From the NCBI GenBank assembly GCA_028023455.1, contig JAQFVV010000007.1:1984001-2048000 (forward strand): 64,000 nt of DNA, given 5' to 3'. Positions 1 through 12,913 of this stretch are shown here, piece by piece. Made by a program: the position numbers and the translations under genes. Below the pieces are notes generated by a model. It saw only the letters and a program-made list of their open reading frames with translations. It was not told where the DNA came from and searched no databases. Position 1 is the first letter of the stretch; every line of letters starts with the position of its first letter. This DNA is from Epiperipatus broadwayi (lineage: Eukaryota; Animalia; Onychophora).

Positions 1-1683
1 CTAAATCCCAGTTTGAATTCTTTATGTAAAGCTTTACTAGAACTTTTAGCCACTGCAGAAATGTATGGCACAGTCAGGTGTTGTCTATCTTCTTTTTTAT
101 TGTTTTGATTGAGGCTTTTATGAAAGCATTCAATTCTGTTGATTATTGTTCTGTGGTTGAAACCCACACCTATTAAGTCTCTGATGTAGCTGGTGATGTT
201 TTTTTTTTATCAGATTCTAGTTTACATAGATGATGATTGCGAAATAAAAAAGCAGATAGCTCTGCAAGTTTATGTGATTTGGGGGAGTTTGAGAGTGAGA
301 TAACCTCTAATGTGCAAGGGATTAATCATCATGCAATAATTGAGTGTGGGTTCTCTCTGTTAATCATTAAATCAAGATACTTAACTACATTTTGATTATC
401 TTTGTATATGCAATTAAAAGTTAGGCCAGAGAGAGTGTTGGAGTTCATGTAAAATATCAGCAGTAGTATTCTCCGGTGCTGCTGTGAATATATCATCTGC
501 ATATCTGATATAAACTGTACCTGGTACTGATGTTTGGAATTTTGGAAGCACTTGTTGTTCAAACTGATTTAAGACCACACTGTAGAAAATCCTGCTCATA
601 GAGGGACCCATTGGTCAACCGTTGTTCTTTCTATACTAGTTGTCTTCATACAATGCCAAAATATTTCCATCCAGCCATTTCATAAAGCCCACAATAAATT
701 GTATCTTAGGAGCTGGGCCATCTTTTCTAATCAGCTCATGTTCAATTATTTTAATTGATAGCTGTCTATCAATGGAACCATATAGTTCTGCGATATCGAC
801 AGCTGTGATTCAGAATTCTTGAGGAATTGCTGCATCCTTGATTTTATCCATGAATTCAAATGATGATTTGATTGTAAATGAACCAAACTCTAAATAGTTG
901 ATCAGTCATTCACTGACCAGTTTGGATGCATTAAAGTAGTGGACACTTTCGAAGTCCAACATTAATCTTAGAGGCACACCCGGTTTATGCAGCTTTGCAT
1001 TTGCGAAAATTCTTGGTTGTATAGTTGTAGATGGATAATTCCTATAATAATCAGCTCTATTGAAGTCTTTATCTTTTTGTATGTATGAAACTGATGTGAT
1101 GAATTGATCTCTGTTTATTTTATTATTGAACGATGTGATTGCTCCAACCTTCAATTTTTGAATTTGCGTGTTCATTTTATCTTTATAGTACGCAGCAGTC
1201 ATTAAGACAAACCTGTAACCTTTATCTTCTTTCATACATTTAATACTATTATCACTGACAAACTTTTTTGTCCTGTATATATATATTGTCCCCAGCTGCC
1301 ATCGTCGCTCTTTAACCACTTATTTCTAATAGATTTAGTTACCGCAGTGATAACGTGTTCTCTGCATGGGTTATTAATTAAGACCCCCCCCCCCACAAAT
1401 CTCAGTCCAAATGATAAAGTAGACTCGACCTCGTTAGTTATATTAATGTCTTGTTTACGAGCGAGAAAATTTAATTTTTTCTCAAACTTCACAACCAGTT
1501 TAATAATCCATATAGGTTCATTAGCATTGGCTGTTATATTTAAGAGTCATTTCTTTTCTTTCTTAAGGACACTTTTACAATTTCTTATGATCGTATCAAG
1601 CAATTTTATCTGTAGAACTTGCCTAATTCTGTTTCCATCATAAATCGATTTTTAATTCTGTTTTATAATTTATATATTTCCAT
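1..1683 (-). mobile_element. Penelope-like element (PLE), frameshifted RT ORF; the C-terminal/GIY-YIG part runs off the left edge
   Basis: Minus-strand fragments in PLE order: LSFGLRF (1232-1492); DKG..V..Y and AKLHKPGVPLR (906-1319); TAVDIAELY (~770-810); MGPSMS and YIRYADD (414-611); KYLDLMINR (329-562); TVPYIS (~60-80). Confidence 0.85.
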
Positions 1684-3512
1684 AAGGTGAAAAAAAAAGT
1701 TTTAATTATTTAAAATGTCCGTATTTTGTTTATATATGTGTGACACACATTTATATATGAAATTAAAGCCGTAAATTATAGTTTTCAAATCAATGTAATA
1801 AATAACAGACTAAAAGATCAGTCACCATTATGGGTTAATATTCTTCCCTGCTTGAATATATTATTGTTAGATTTTAAAAGTTATTATTCAATTGTGGATG
1901 GGTTACAGCTTCAAATAAAATTTCATATTTCGTTAAATGGGGATATGTGCTGCATTATAGAATGAATTTGTTATTTTAATTTAGTATAGGCTGAAAGGTT
2001 AATTAAATCATATTTTCACTCCTGTAATTGCGTTGCTACATATAAGTGAGCTGCAATAGTTTCATTAAAGTATTTGTTACTTCCGCTTCCTGCATGATTC
2101 ACTTTTTTTACATATAAGCAGTACATCCAGAACCTGCTACACTTTCCATGTGCCCGATCATACAATCTTAAAATTAGCATCAGACTAGATTAGGTCAATG
2201 GACTGAGGACTCCCAGCTAGCCCAAATCCTAGATTATGACATGTGCCTCACATCAGCAGCTGGGGACATCCATGTTTAATCATGAATTCTGCCACCCAGA
2301 TTGCCAAGTCAATTCTTCAATTTTCAACTAATGACAGTCCAACAACGATGTAGTACCATGATGTCTAAATTACTTCTTAAAGTCAAGCTTTCACCTTTAC
2401 CTTAGCCATAGCCTTAAGTAACCTAAATATAACCTGTGCACAATAGTCCCTAATATTTAAGATTAAACAAATAAAATATTTAAATTCAAACCTATAATGG
2501 ATTGATTTGTATTCATGTGCAATTGATTACCTATGCATTAAAAAGAGCACACAACATTTATGTTTATAAAAATCTCCATCACCTTCAAGATATACTTCTG
2601 TGAAAGCCAGCAGATTACTTAATTTTAAATACCACAATATGTAAGTTACCCTGTTTGTCCCTTTTCTTTCTATTTAATAAATGTTATTCTTTTTATAATA
2701 AGGGTTTTCATTATTTGTGGTCAGAACTAGATTAATAAATATATCAACAGCTATATAAATAATTCTAGAGATAGTAATTATTAAGAGTGTATACCTTAGC
2801 TAATAGATTAGAGCTAGTGATTAAAGGTAATATTAGTCAATGAAAGAGCCCTGAGAAGAGTCCATGCTGAACCCTGAGCTGAGCAGAGCTTTATAAGAAG
2901 AGATGTGTGATGTCAAGGGTGTTAATTATGTAGTGGAAACTAGGAAGCATAGGATCATGGGATAGTGATACTCCTATGCATGCTGGTTGAGAATTCATGC
3001 TTGGTTTTTCAGTCATTGACCAATAAAATTTCTACTGAGACTAGAAAATTTATGAAGAAAAGAAGGAATATGAAGATATATAAAAATGTTGCATTAAGGA
3101 TTGAATATCTCAAATTTTATAAAATGGTGTGAAAAGAGTTGATAATGATATAAGAAAGTATAATTGTGAACTTGCAATAAAGCTGTAGAAGAGAATGAAA
3201 GTCTCAAGAATGTAAAACAACATTTTGGTATTGGTAAGAAACTTATATCGGCAATAAAAAGAAAAAAGATGAAACTATTACTAAAAAGAGAGATGACATC
3301 AAGAAATGGGTAGAAGAGTTCTATCAATAATTATATAGTAATAAAGAACAAGTATAATTGCCCAGGATTTTAAATGAAAATGTGAAACAGGAAATTAAAT
3401 TTATGAAGAAGGAAAAAGCTCCAGGTAATGATGGAATTATAATCGATACATTAAAAGAAGCAGGTGAAGAAATAGAAAAAAATTTAGGAAATTATACACC
3501 AAATGTCTAAAT

Positions 3513-4011
3513 CAGGTGTGGGTAATTGTTTTGGCTCAGGGGCCGCAGAGGTTGGCGGAGGGCTGCATCGGGGGCCACTTTGTGGAACCGAAGGTTAGTG
3601 GAGGGCTGCACCTTTTTTTTCATGTCACAATAAACACACTGTTTTATTCCTTTGTATTACCAAAAAAAATATTTGTTTGTCCATTCTTCATTAAACACAT
3701 GACATTCATCACTGATTTTACATTTTTTTCGGAAGGTTCACAGTTTCACTAAAGTTGGAAATATATATATTTGCTAATGCAAAGACAAAATTGAAAGTAA
3801 CCAGATCAACTGGAAAAGCACTGCACATCATATCTACACTCCACATGTATATTGACATGGCCATCATAGTGGAAAATATGAGATGAATCTTCAGTCACAC
3901 ACAAAAAGGAAATCTTAGTTCAAGGCAGATTTTTCTAATTGTCTTGGAGGGCTGGATAAAACCTCTTAGTGGGCCACATGTGGCCCCCAGGACACCTTTT
4001 TCCCACCCCTG
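3513..4011. mobile_element. Non-autonomous hAT (Charlie-like) MITE inserted in the RTE
   Basis: Imperfect TIRs CAGGTGTGGG...GGCCGCA / TGTGGCC...CCCACCCCTG; 8-bp TSD gtctaaat (3505-3512) / atctaaat (4012-4019); excising it restores the RTE frame (KCLNDKDIQDDWK). Confidence 0.85.
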
Positions 4012-4580
4012 ATCTAAATGATAAAGATATACAAGATGATTGGAAGAATGTAGTATTAATATTAAAATTTAAAAATGGTGATAAAGAAGATATTAATATT
4101 AATATTTAAAAATGGTGATAAAGAGGATATTAAAAATTACAAATCTATCAGTCTTTTATCAGTTTTATATAAAAAAATTACCAAGATGAGAACATTAGAT
4201 TTCAATCAATAAGAACAAGCTGGATTTAAAAGTAGTTTTAGTATAGTAGATCATATGCAAGTATTGAGAGAAGTTATTGAAAAAAACCAATGGGTATGAG
4301 TTGTTATTATTCTTTGGATTTGTAGATTATGGAAAGGCATTTGATTCTATAAGCATTTCTTCAGTGATTAAAAGCAATAAATCATCAAGGTATAGACCAA
4401 GGATATTGTCATATTCTGAAGAAAGTTTACAAAAATGCAACAGCAACAATTAGAATACATAATGATATTAGAAAGGTTAACATTGAGAAGGGTATAAGAC
4501 AGGGTGACTCCATATCCCCAAAACTTTTTACCACAGTGCTGCAAGAAGTATTTTGTGGATTAAAATGGGAAGTTAATGGA

Positions 4581-4735
4581 ATAAAAGTAAATGGAGATTA
4601 TTTAAGTCATTTAGATTTTGCAGATGATGTAGTTATTTTTGCAAATAATGCTTCAGAAATAAAAGTAAATGAAGATTATTTAAGTCATCTAGATTTTGCA
4701 GATGATGTAGTTATTTTTGCAAATAATGCTTCAGA
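4581..4735 (+). repeat. In-frame 78-bp tandem duplication of the RT FADD motif
   Basis: IKVN(G/E)DYLSHLDFADDVVIFANNASE occurs twice in ORF 4536-4856; copies start at 4581 and 4659. Confidence 0.95.
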
Positions 4736-5804
4736 GCTTCAGGAAATGTTGCAAAAGTTATCAGATAATAGTACAAAAATAGGACTAAGGGTAAATGTTA
4801 CAAAAATTAAAGTAATGTTCAATGGAGTTTTTCAAAAAATGAAAAATAAGGATTGATTATGATGAGTTAGAAGAAGTAAACAAAACTGTATTCTAAGAAA
4901 TTGTAAAAGTCCCAGAAAGAGACCACATGTAAAATGGGTGGCAGTAATAAGAAAGTGCATAGGAGTGATGTAGATAAGAGAAGCTAGAGATGGGAGAAGA
5001 GGGAGTGAACTTGGAAAGACCTTCATCCTGCAGTGGATTGATAATGGTTGTTGATGATTATTTTAAACAGATCATAATTAAAACGCATTACAATATATAC
5101 CAAACCACATTGGAATAATGAACGTTCAACCGGCATAAACAGAACTGTTTTAAGACTTACTATTTTTAATCTCTCATGATATACCACGTTTAACTGAATT
5201 GTCTTAATATTATATTTCATAAATACAGACTTTGATCGGCATCCTGAATTGTAAATTATCTTCCACAGATTTTGTAAAACTGACTTTCCAGCAAGAATAT
5301 ATTTTTTATGCAAACACATGCATTTAATACTCATGTGCATTTTAACATTTATATTGGTCGCACTGAAGCAAATTATAAGAAAGTGACAAGCAATACTAAA
5401 GTATAATGATGATGATGATCAAGATTCATTTCTTTGTCATAATATTTTGTTGCTGAGTAATATATCAACCTATTTTCATGTTTAATATACATATCCATAC
5501 AATATTACTTGTGAGTTTTTTTTATTGATACCCTACTTTATGTTCAACTTCGTTATTCTTTTCCAAAAAAAAATCATTTATACGTAGTTATAATTTTGTG
5601 ACCATGAGGCTTTTGATAACCATTTAAACTTGAAACAAATATTGCAGTAATGACAATAACTTTTTATTTTTCCACCTGTTTGCATTATTTTCCCTTCCTC
5701 TGTAAAAAAAAAAAAAAAAACTCGTCATTTTTAGATAGTAGTGTTATCTAGGTTTCAAAACTAAAACTAATATCGGAAGTTTTTATTCTGTTAATATTGA
5801 CAAC

Positions 5805-5947
5805 AATCTTAGTTCCATCTTATATTATTAAAAATTTAATAAATATTTTGAATTATGCTAACTATAGCCAAGTTTTAAATCTTATTTCCATCTTATATTA
5901 AGAATTTAATAAATATTTTGAATTATGCTAACTATAGCCAAGTATTT
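5805..5947. repeat. ~72-bp tandem duplication
   Basis: tccatcttatatta...aatttaataaatattttgaattatgctaactatagccaagt occurs twice. Confidence 0.9.
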
Positions 5948-6518
5948 AATTTTTCACACTATTTTAAAAGCTGACTTTTTCTCATGAAATATATAAAAAT
6001 CTGTTTATAAAATTTTGAAAATATAAAACTCAAAAGTGTTATCTACTTAATAGCTTTTTTTTTTTAATTTTACTTATATTTATAAAGACGTTTCAAATGT
6101 TGGAACTGTATGACTTCCCTCAAACTCGAATCTTACAAAACTCATTACATGAGAGTTATGGACAACTTAATTAAAGTAAAGCTAAGATCGCCGTTGCTTA
6201 TAAAATATGGGTAATGAAACTACTTTTTTTTTAAAAAAAAAAAAATTATAATTGTTGTGTTTAAGTTAGGCTTACAGATTCGTTCCAAACCAACAGACGC
6301 AAAACTACTCAGCAATCAATATGTACAATTGATTAGTCCAAAAAATATACACACGTTAGTTATACAAATGAATAAATACAGTTGATGGACTTGAATGCTG
6401 AGATAGTCGAGCCGAGTATGGAACTCACTTCTAGCTAAATGATTAGCCTGCGTCATGAACTCTCGTATGACTCTTTTAGCTATGTATTTAGCTTGCTTTA
6501 AGTCGGTTCTAATTCAGA

Positions 6519-7825
6519 TGTAGCAGTTTCCAGTCCGTAGGTGGACTTGCCTCACTGCGTGGACGTCACGATAATGAATAGAGAGCTACTCTTGCTGATG
6601 GCAGATAGTTTAATGGAGAGCATGTTCAGTTTTTCAAGTTGACAGAAGTAATTGCTCTCTGCCTTGCCTCCAAAAGGCTGACTATTTAATGGCAGATCCC
6701 CTACTTTACTGGAAACATGCAAATTTGGTGCACGAATCCCAGTGAAAGATTTAATCCCATTGGATAGCAACTGGGTGCTAGCCAATCAGGTAAGGAATCT
6801 GGAATAGTCCACTTCTGAAGGCAGGTCAGATATTAGATCATCCATGGCTAAAATTAGCCTTGGAGAACAGTAATCAAAATGTACTGGACAATGTATTGTC
6901 CACTTTCTTGGTTTCTCTTGTTGATTGCTGTTCCTGTTTTCATCTTTTTCGCTAGATGAACTTGTCTCTGGTTGTTTGCTGCTGTCTTGATTTTGCTGTT
7001 TGTCTTCACTGCTTGACATACTCATCCCAGGTTGATCACTGCTCTTGTCAGCTTCTGATGGATGGTTTGGTGATGATGATGATGACCCATCTTTTGTTTG
7101 CACAATGACAGTGTAGAGACGCTTTATTTGCATTACCACTGCTGATATCCATTTTGTGGACCCATAGTATATATGACATAGTACTTTTGTTCCTATTTGG
7201 AGTTTTATTTTGTTTTTATCTTGTTGAAGTTTGGCATCAGGTTTCAGATTTTTGTTGAAGACTTCAGAGTCATTAGATTTCATCTTTGATAATGTTGGAG
7301 CTGGTTCACTTTGAACCGTGACTGAACCAGTCATTGCCTATTAAATCACAATAATTACCTAATGCCACTACCAGTGGTAGGTATATAATTTTGTTGACAT
7401 AGTAATTTTTCTTTTTGTTTGATCCAACAGTTTGATTTTATTTCCTTGATAGTCTGATATTGACCTACGGCAAGGATGCAGTTTATATTTATTCTTTTTA
7501 TTAATAATTGTCCAAGAGGTCTTTCTTGAAACTATAGACACTGTTGATCTTGTGTCAAATCCATCTTGTATCATTAATTATCACAGTGTGTATAAACCCA
7601 GACTTGTCATCTCTGGTATGGTTTACACAAGCAACTTGCTTATATTTCTTATAAGTGCCTTTACTGTTTTTAGGAATAGGTGTTTCTATTTTAGACTTGG
7701 CTGTTTGTCTTTTTAATTTCAGACATGCTGCCTTTATATGTCCAACTCACTTGCAAAATGTGCATGTTGCCTTGTGGTATGGGCATTCTATATGCATGTG
7801 CTCATTGCATCTATAACAAGAACAA
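6519..7825 (-). mobile_element. Deleted Ty3/Gypsy remnant: gag zinc knuckles, protease, [deletion], integrase C-terminus, 3' LTR
   Basis: CYRCNEHMHIECPYHKATCTFCK*VGHIKAAC (~7825-7720); DTRSTVSIV protease-like motif (7368-7574); GTKVLCHIYYGSTKWISAVV tail (6786-7334); probable LTR ~6835 to 6519 ending ...CTACA. Confidence 0.75.
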
Positions 7826-7829
7826 TGGT

Positions 7830-8220
7830 CAACCTGGAATGAGTACCTCAAGCAGAAAAGACAAACAGCAAAATCAAAATAGCAGCAAACAACCAGAAAC
7901 AAGCTCTTCAAGTGAAGAAGATGAAGACAGGAACAGCAATCAACCAGAGAAACCAAAAAAGCAGACAATACATAGTCCAGCACATTTTGATGACTATGTT
8001 CTCCAGAGCTAATTTTAGCCAGGGGTAGGGAAGTCATATCTGACCCTGCCTTCAGAAGTGGACTATTTCAGATTCCTTATGTGATTGGCTAACACACAGT
8101 TGCTATCCAAAGGGATTAAATTCTTCACTGGGGTTCGCGCACCAAATCCACATGTTTCCAGTAAGTAGGGTATCTGCCATTAAATAGTCAGCCTTTTGGA
8201 GGCAAGGTAGAGAGCAAGTT
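7830..8220 (+). mobile_element. Inverted second copy of the same Gypsy 3' end (integrase tail, PPT, partial LTR)
   Basis: Reverse complement of ~6650-7040; ORF ends HSPAHFDDYVLQS*, followed by purine tract AGGGGTAGGGAAG (~8020-8032) and LTR sequence. Confidence 0.8.
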
Positions 8221-8440
8221 AATGATGATCACAATATTTAGGTATCAGTATGATACATGCATGGGCATTTACAAAGAAACTATAGGATTACAATGATAAC
8301 AATATTTGTGTATCAGTATGATTTGTTTATGAGCATTATAAATAAACTAGAAGTTAACAACAACAATATTTAGATATCAGTGCTATCCATGTATGAGCAT
8401 TATAAGAAAATGATATGTTGGTAATGATAATATTTGATCA
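8221..8440. repeat. Degenerate ~65-70-bp minisatellite, 3-4 copies
   Basis: Recurring acaatattt(a/g)(g/t)..atcagt...atgagcattata. Confidence 0.6.
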
Positions 8441-8599
8441 AGAAATATACCACTATAAAATTAATATGCCAATTGTCAAGAGTAAACACAATACCTGGTC
8501 ATATTAAGTTAGATGCCAGAAATATATATATATATAATAAATTGATGTGCATGTTCACATACATAGGGGAAGCTAAGTATTTTTTTTATTATATTTACT

Positions 8600-9060
8600 T
8601 TTAGTATTCCCAGCAGGAGTTATGGAACAAAGCATAATTCTAGCTCCTTTTATTATTAACAATTACATTATAAATATGGTTTATCTATCTCACACAACAT
8701 TACTAACAGGCATGATTAAGAAATCTAATTACAGAAGACAGTGGTATAAGGGTTTAAATCCTGGGCCAGCTATATTATTATTGGTATTGGCTAGATAGGC
8801 CAAATCTCCATTATCGAGTAATAAAATATATAGATATGTTCCTATGAAGACCCATCCACTGTTAATGGGGCATGTGTAAGAATTGGAGCATGGATTATGA
8901 AGCCCTATGGTCATAAAGTACCCATTTATTAGCTCAAAACATGGCTATCTCCAGGACCAGTAAAATATTTGGCTGGCAGCTCGCATAGTATTACTCGACA
9001 TATATTCATTATTAAAAGCACATAGGCACAGATCATTCTACCAAGTAACACTGATATATT
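8600..9060 (+). mobile_element. Possible highly decayed non-LTR RT fragment
   Basis: VFPAGVMEQSIILAPFIINNYI at ~8604-8670 resembles the GVPQGSILAP.LFNIY RT motif; little other support. Confidence 0.3.
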
Positions 9061-9306
9061 TGCCCAAAAGGCATTAACTCATATTTATATAGATATTTTC
9101 TTAAGCCTGTATTTAAAATTTAATAAAACAAGTAATAATGTGAAAATTAAGACAACCATATTATATTGTCTATAAAATTCCCATGAGCTTAAATATAAAG
9201 CTTAATTACAAATTATCATAAATTGCTAAGGAGGAATAAGATATGACTACTGAGAGAGTACTTTCCCCCTAAATGTATGTGTCATTAAATATATATATAT
9301 ATATAT

Positions 9307-11947
9307 TGTACCAGTCAAAAAACCCACCACCTAAACGCAAGTCGGATTCAAACTCAGCTGAACCAGACTGAATTCAAACCCAACTCAACAGCTCAGATTA
9401 GTAGAAATCTAAATTGATGGCACAGTGCTATGTGCCAAGAAACTAGCTCAATGGTTGGTGAGAATCAGAGACCCCTGAACTGACATTAATATCTGATAAT
9501 AACTAACTAAAATAATTTTAAATTGAATTATATGTATATGTTCGGGTTGCCAACACAGACAGCGAGTATTAACATTAAAATAATTATGAAAGAATTAAGC
9601 ACTAAGAAACCAAGTGTGTTTAGAAAATATTTAATAATAATAATTTGTTTTGTTTGAATTTTAAATAATGATTATATTAATTACCTCTAGCCTTTAACAG
9701 AATTTATAATAATAATAAAATTGGCAGTCCTTGTTATATGCCAATGAATATTACACAATATTTGAAAGTCTATGTCTATGCCCCCAACAAGGAATAAAAG
9801 ACAGATAAAGGTATTCATTAGTAAAGGAATTTATTACTCTAATATTATTCGACAGATTGTGAGATTTATTTTCACATTCGCAAATTCACCCATGAAGAGC
9901 AAGATGCATATTTTAGGGCATAACTTTAATCTTTATTGGAAAACTTATTTTGAGTTATAATGGAGAACTTGTTCAACTTTAATTGAAATCACTTCATCAC
10001 GAATTACGAGCATCAGAGCGGGCCTTACTGGAACAGAGAGGTAATGGTGCTGATGAATTATGAGCTAGAAAGTGAAATTGAAAGACGATAGCTAGTTGAT
10101 GATCTAAGTCCTATGGTGGCTTGCATATGACAAGTCTTATGCCCTTTGACTAATATGAACTGGAGGGGAAGTGCTTTCTTCCTTGATAATTTAAAATAAC
10201 AGAAATATTATCACCGATGAGCCTAACGGAGTGGAAGATTGCCCTACATCAGCAATGTTGAAGATGATGACTTACTAGTCACCGTTTGAGAACTAAAACC
10301 CAATTATAGAATGCTCTACGTGATGACTTGATCAAATAAATCAAAGTCAAATGAGCTATAAGTAAAACTATTTTAAAGTATTTGTAAATCATATTAATTA
10401 TGCCCCAATCATCGTGCCCTTCCTGAATCTTAAATAACAAAGTTGAATTAGAATATATTTGATCCTTTATCGGCCCTTTTGCAATAAAAACATTTTAAGA
10501 TTAGATATGAATGAATACATATTGGTGAATACAAAAATATCTGGGGAATAGATTAAAAATGGAGCTAATAATTTATTATTAGCCAATTATAAAAATAACA
10601 CACACATTTAATAATCTCTTTCGACTCGATAATTGATAGAACGGTAAATCTAGTTCTAATGGATGAGAATGACTATTAAAATTAATATATTATTATTTGC
10701 ACAAGGCAATGGAAACAAAGGAGATCATCGAGTCAAAAGATTATTGGCATATAATTAAAAATAAATGACATTAATAAATCACACGATAAATATATATATA
10801 TATAATATAGTAAATGAACCGCCAAGTAAGAAAAGAGAAAGTTTAAAGACTAGAGGTTGAGAGAACTATGATATAAATTTACAGTAGCATGAATAAAAGA
10901 TTTTATAAAGATTGTTACATTAAAGAATAAAAGAGCTCTAAAAGGGAGTGTAAAGTAAAGTTCGAAACTGGCCAGAAAGGTTAAGGTTCATTATGAAAAC
11001 ATATTACCCATTTCTTCCGGGGCTGGTTCTTAGGTTACACGTCCGAGTTGGTAAAAAAATGTAGGCACTCATTTAATTGATTACTTGAACAGTATTTTAG
11101 TGGCTTTTCATAATTTTAGCAGCATGATTGGTCCGGAAAAGATTCAGCAGCTCCATTGAAGATTTTCATGGGACTTCAGGAACCTATAGCCAGATTCCTG
11201 ACGTTTTAGCCCTTCACCATGATCGAAACACTATTTAATTTTATAATTTAAAAATGCACAGAGTTGACTGCACTTCTCTACAACAAAGATGGCTTTTTTT
11301 TCTTCTCCAAACTTTTCAGAGCTATATATCTGTCCTCTGATGCCTTCAGGCTAGTGCTTCTTTCATTATCAATGTTTTTAGATTTACTGGTTGTTTTTAG
11401 ATACATTCCTTCGATAAGGCTTTCAAACTCATTAACTTGAATTCATTTTCTAATTAGAAAATGAATTCTTAAAATCAGAAAATGATTTTAATTAGGAAAT
11501 CCTTATCTTTTTTCTAATTAATAAAACTTTAACTGTTGTTTTTGAAAAGGGAAAATCTGAAAGCTTATCGAAAGAATGTAGCTTTTAATCAATAAAACTT
11601 TAACAAATTATTTAAAAATAAAATCAAACATTCCCGACGCAATGAAACTTTAAACAATTATATATATTTAAATATTTACAAATATATACGCACAATCCAC
11701 GCAGTTATAATATATAAATTCATGAATAATTCTATCATGAATTTATTAATAGAATTGATCAATTTTAACCTGAAACTAATTAATTTTAGTATGCATTTAT
11801 AAAATAAGTTTCCTTTATGGAAATTAGTGTGGATTGAACGTATAAAGCCCCATTGCATTGGAAATTTAAGGTTAGTATTATGTGTTTGAAGTGGGCTTAT
11901 GGCTAGATGTCATGAAGCTAGGATCGAACTCAGATCCGACTGCTTCA
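9307..11947 (-). repeat. 3' LTR (2641 bp)
   Basis: About 95% identical by eye to 14476-17101; plus strand reads TGTACCAGTC...GACTGCTTCA. Confidence 0.9.
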
Positions 11948-11961
11948 TTTCTTTTCACTTC
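11948..11961 (-). promoter_or_regulatory. Polypurine tract
   Basis: Minus strand GAAGTGAAAAGAAA (13 of 14 purines) abuts the LTR start TGAAGCAGTC. Confidence 0.7.
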
Positions 11962-12394
11962 AAAAAAAAACGATGAAAAAAAAATGGCTTTACTTATACG
12001 TGATACATTCGCATAAGTGTACTTGACTAATTGGTAGACTCTGGGAGAACAGCATTAGTGTGAATAATATAATCTGTACAAAAATTATACATGTCTCATT
12101 GCGATCATTTTTTAAAAATATTATCTAGCTTATAATAAGCTTATAATAAATCGGTCCGATAATCAAGTCTTTTCCCTATGGTCATGTCAGTTGGTCATCT
12201 GTATATATATCTGTCATTTAATGTTTGTCTTATTGTTTCCCTGGATCAGGTGGCACATATGGTTTTAACTTTTGATAATGGTCATAGTCTTGGTCTTTTC
12301 TTGTCAGTGTCAAGTTCCCATAATCTATTGCTGTCATTAATTCTATGGCCTTTTCTGTGACTGAATGCACAAAAAACAATTCTTTAACATTATC

Positions 12395-12913
12395 TCAATG
12401 AGCGATAGGGTTCTCTCCTGGGTCTCCTTTGAAAATTTGAGTCTGTATTGAGGATCCAGGAAATGGCACCTGTAAAGTCCTCATACTGAGTTGAGGATTC
12501 ATCATCTGTCCCATTTCTATTTTTGGTTTTATTTGACTAGTGGTCTGAACATCTTCTTTTTCCCTTTCTGTATTTATATCAGCTTCTTCGACCGTTTCTT
12601 GATTTGACTCATCTTCTCCACTGTCATCTTCTTTGCTGTCGTCTACTTTTGGTGTGGTCTGATCATCTTCATCATCTATTTTTGGGACTTCAGAAGGATT
12701 TATTTCTTGCTGATGCTTTACATTCTCTGGGTTTGAGTTGGTTTGGATGCCTCGTGCTTCCTCAAGCCTTAAAATCCCTACCATCATCATAATCATTAGC
12801 TTCCTGTCTTCTCTCATTTCTCTGAGGATCATATGTAAAATGTCTCTTCCCATGTAAGTGTCTCTTCCCATTTTTGAAAATAAGTAAATAATATAATAAA
12901 CAATGTGAATCAA
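12395..12913 (-). pseudogene. gag: Gag-like N-terminal fragment with acidic low-complexity region
   Basis: Ends IFKGDPGENPIAH*; the frame continues DNVKELFFVHSVTE after the TGA. Resembles the retrotransposon gag F.G...EDP..H motif and lies in the element's sense orientation. Confidence 0.55.

Larger units (their letters stand above)
3040..5050 (+). mobile_element. RTE-clade LINE remnant (5'-truncated, internally deleted)
   Basis: Decayed RTE motifs: RIEY..., KAPGNDGI, DWK...KNGDKEDIKNY, GIRQGDSISPKLF, HLDFADD, KRPHVKW; RTE-type 3' end CCTTCATCCTGCAGTGGATTGAT followed by (TGA)-like repeats. Confidence 0.9.

Noticed and set aside
2640-3040. Possible solo LTR (TG start, TATA-like box, AATAAA)
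   Set aside because: No CA end, TSD or second copy is visible.
5340-5400. YIGRTEANYKK, GIY-YIG-like
   Set aside because: Isolated; the upstream half-motif and PLE context are missing.
6552-6785. ORF with PFGG resembling an RT motif
   Set aside because: It lies downstream of the PPT within LTR sequence duplicated at 8031-8220; the motif is coincidental.
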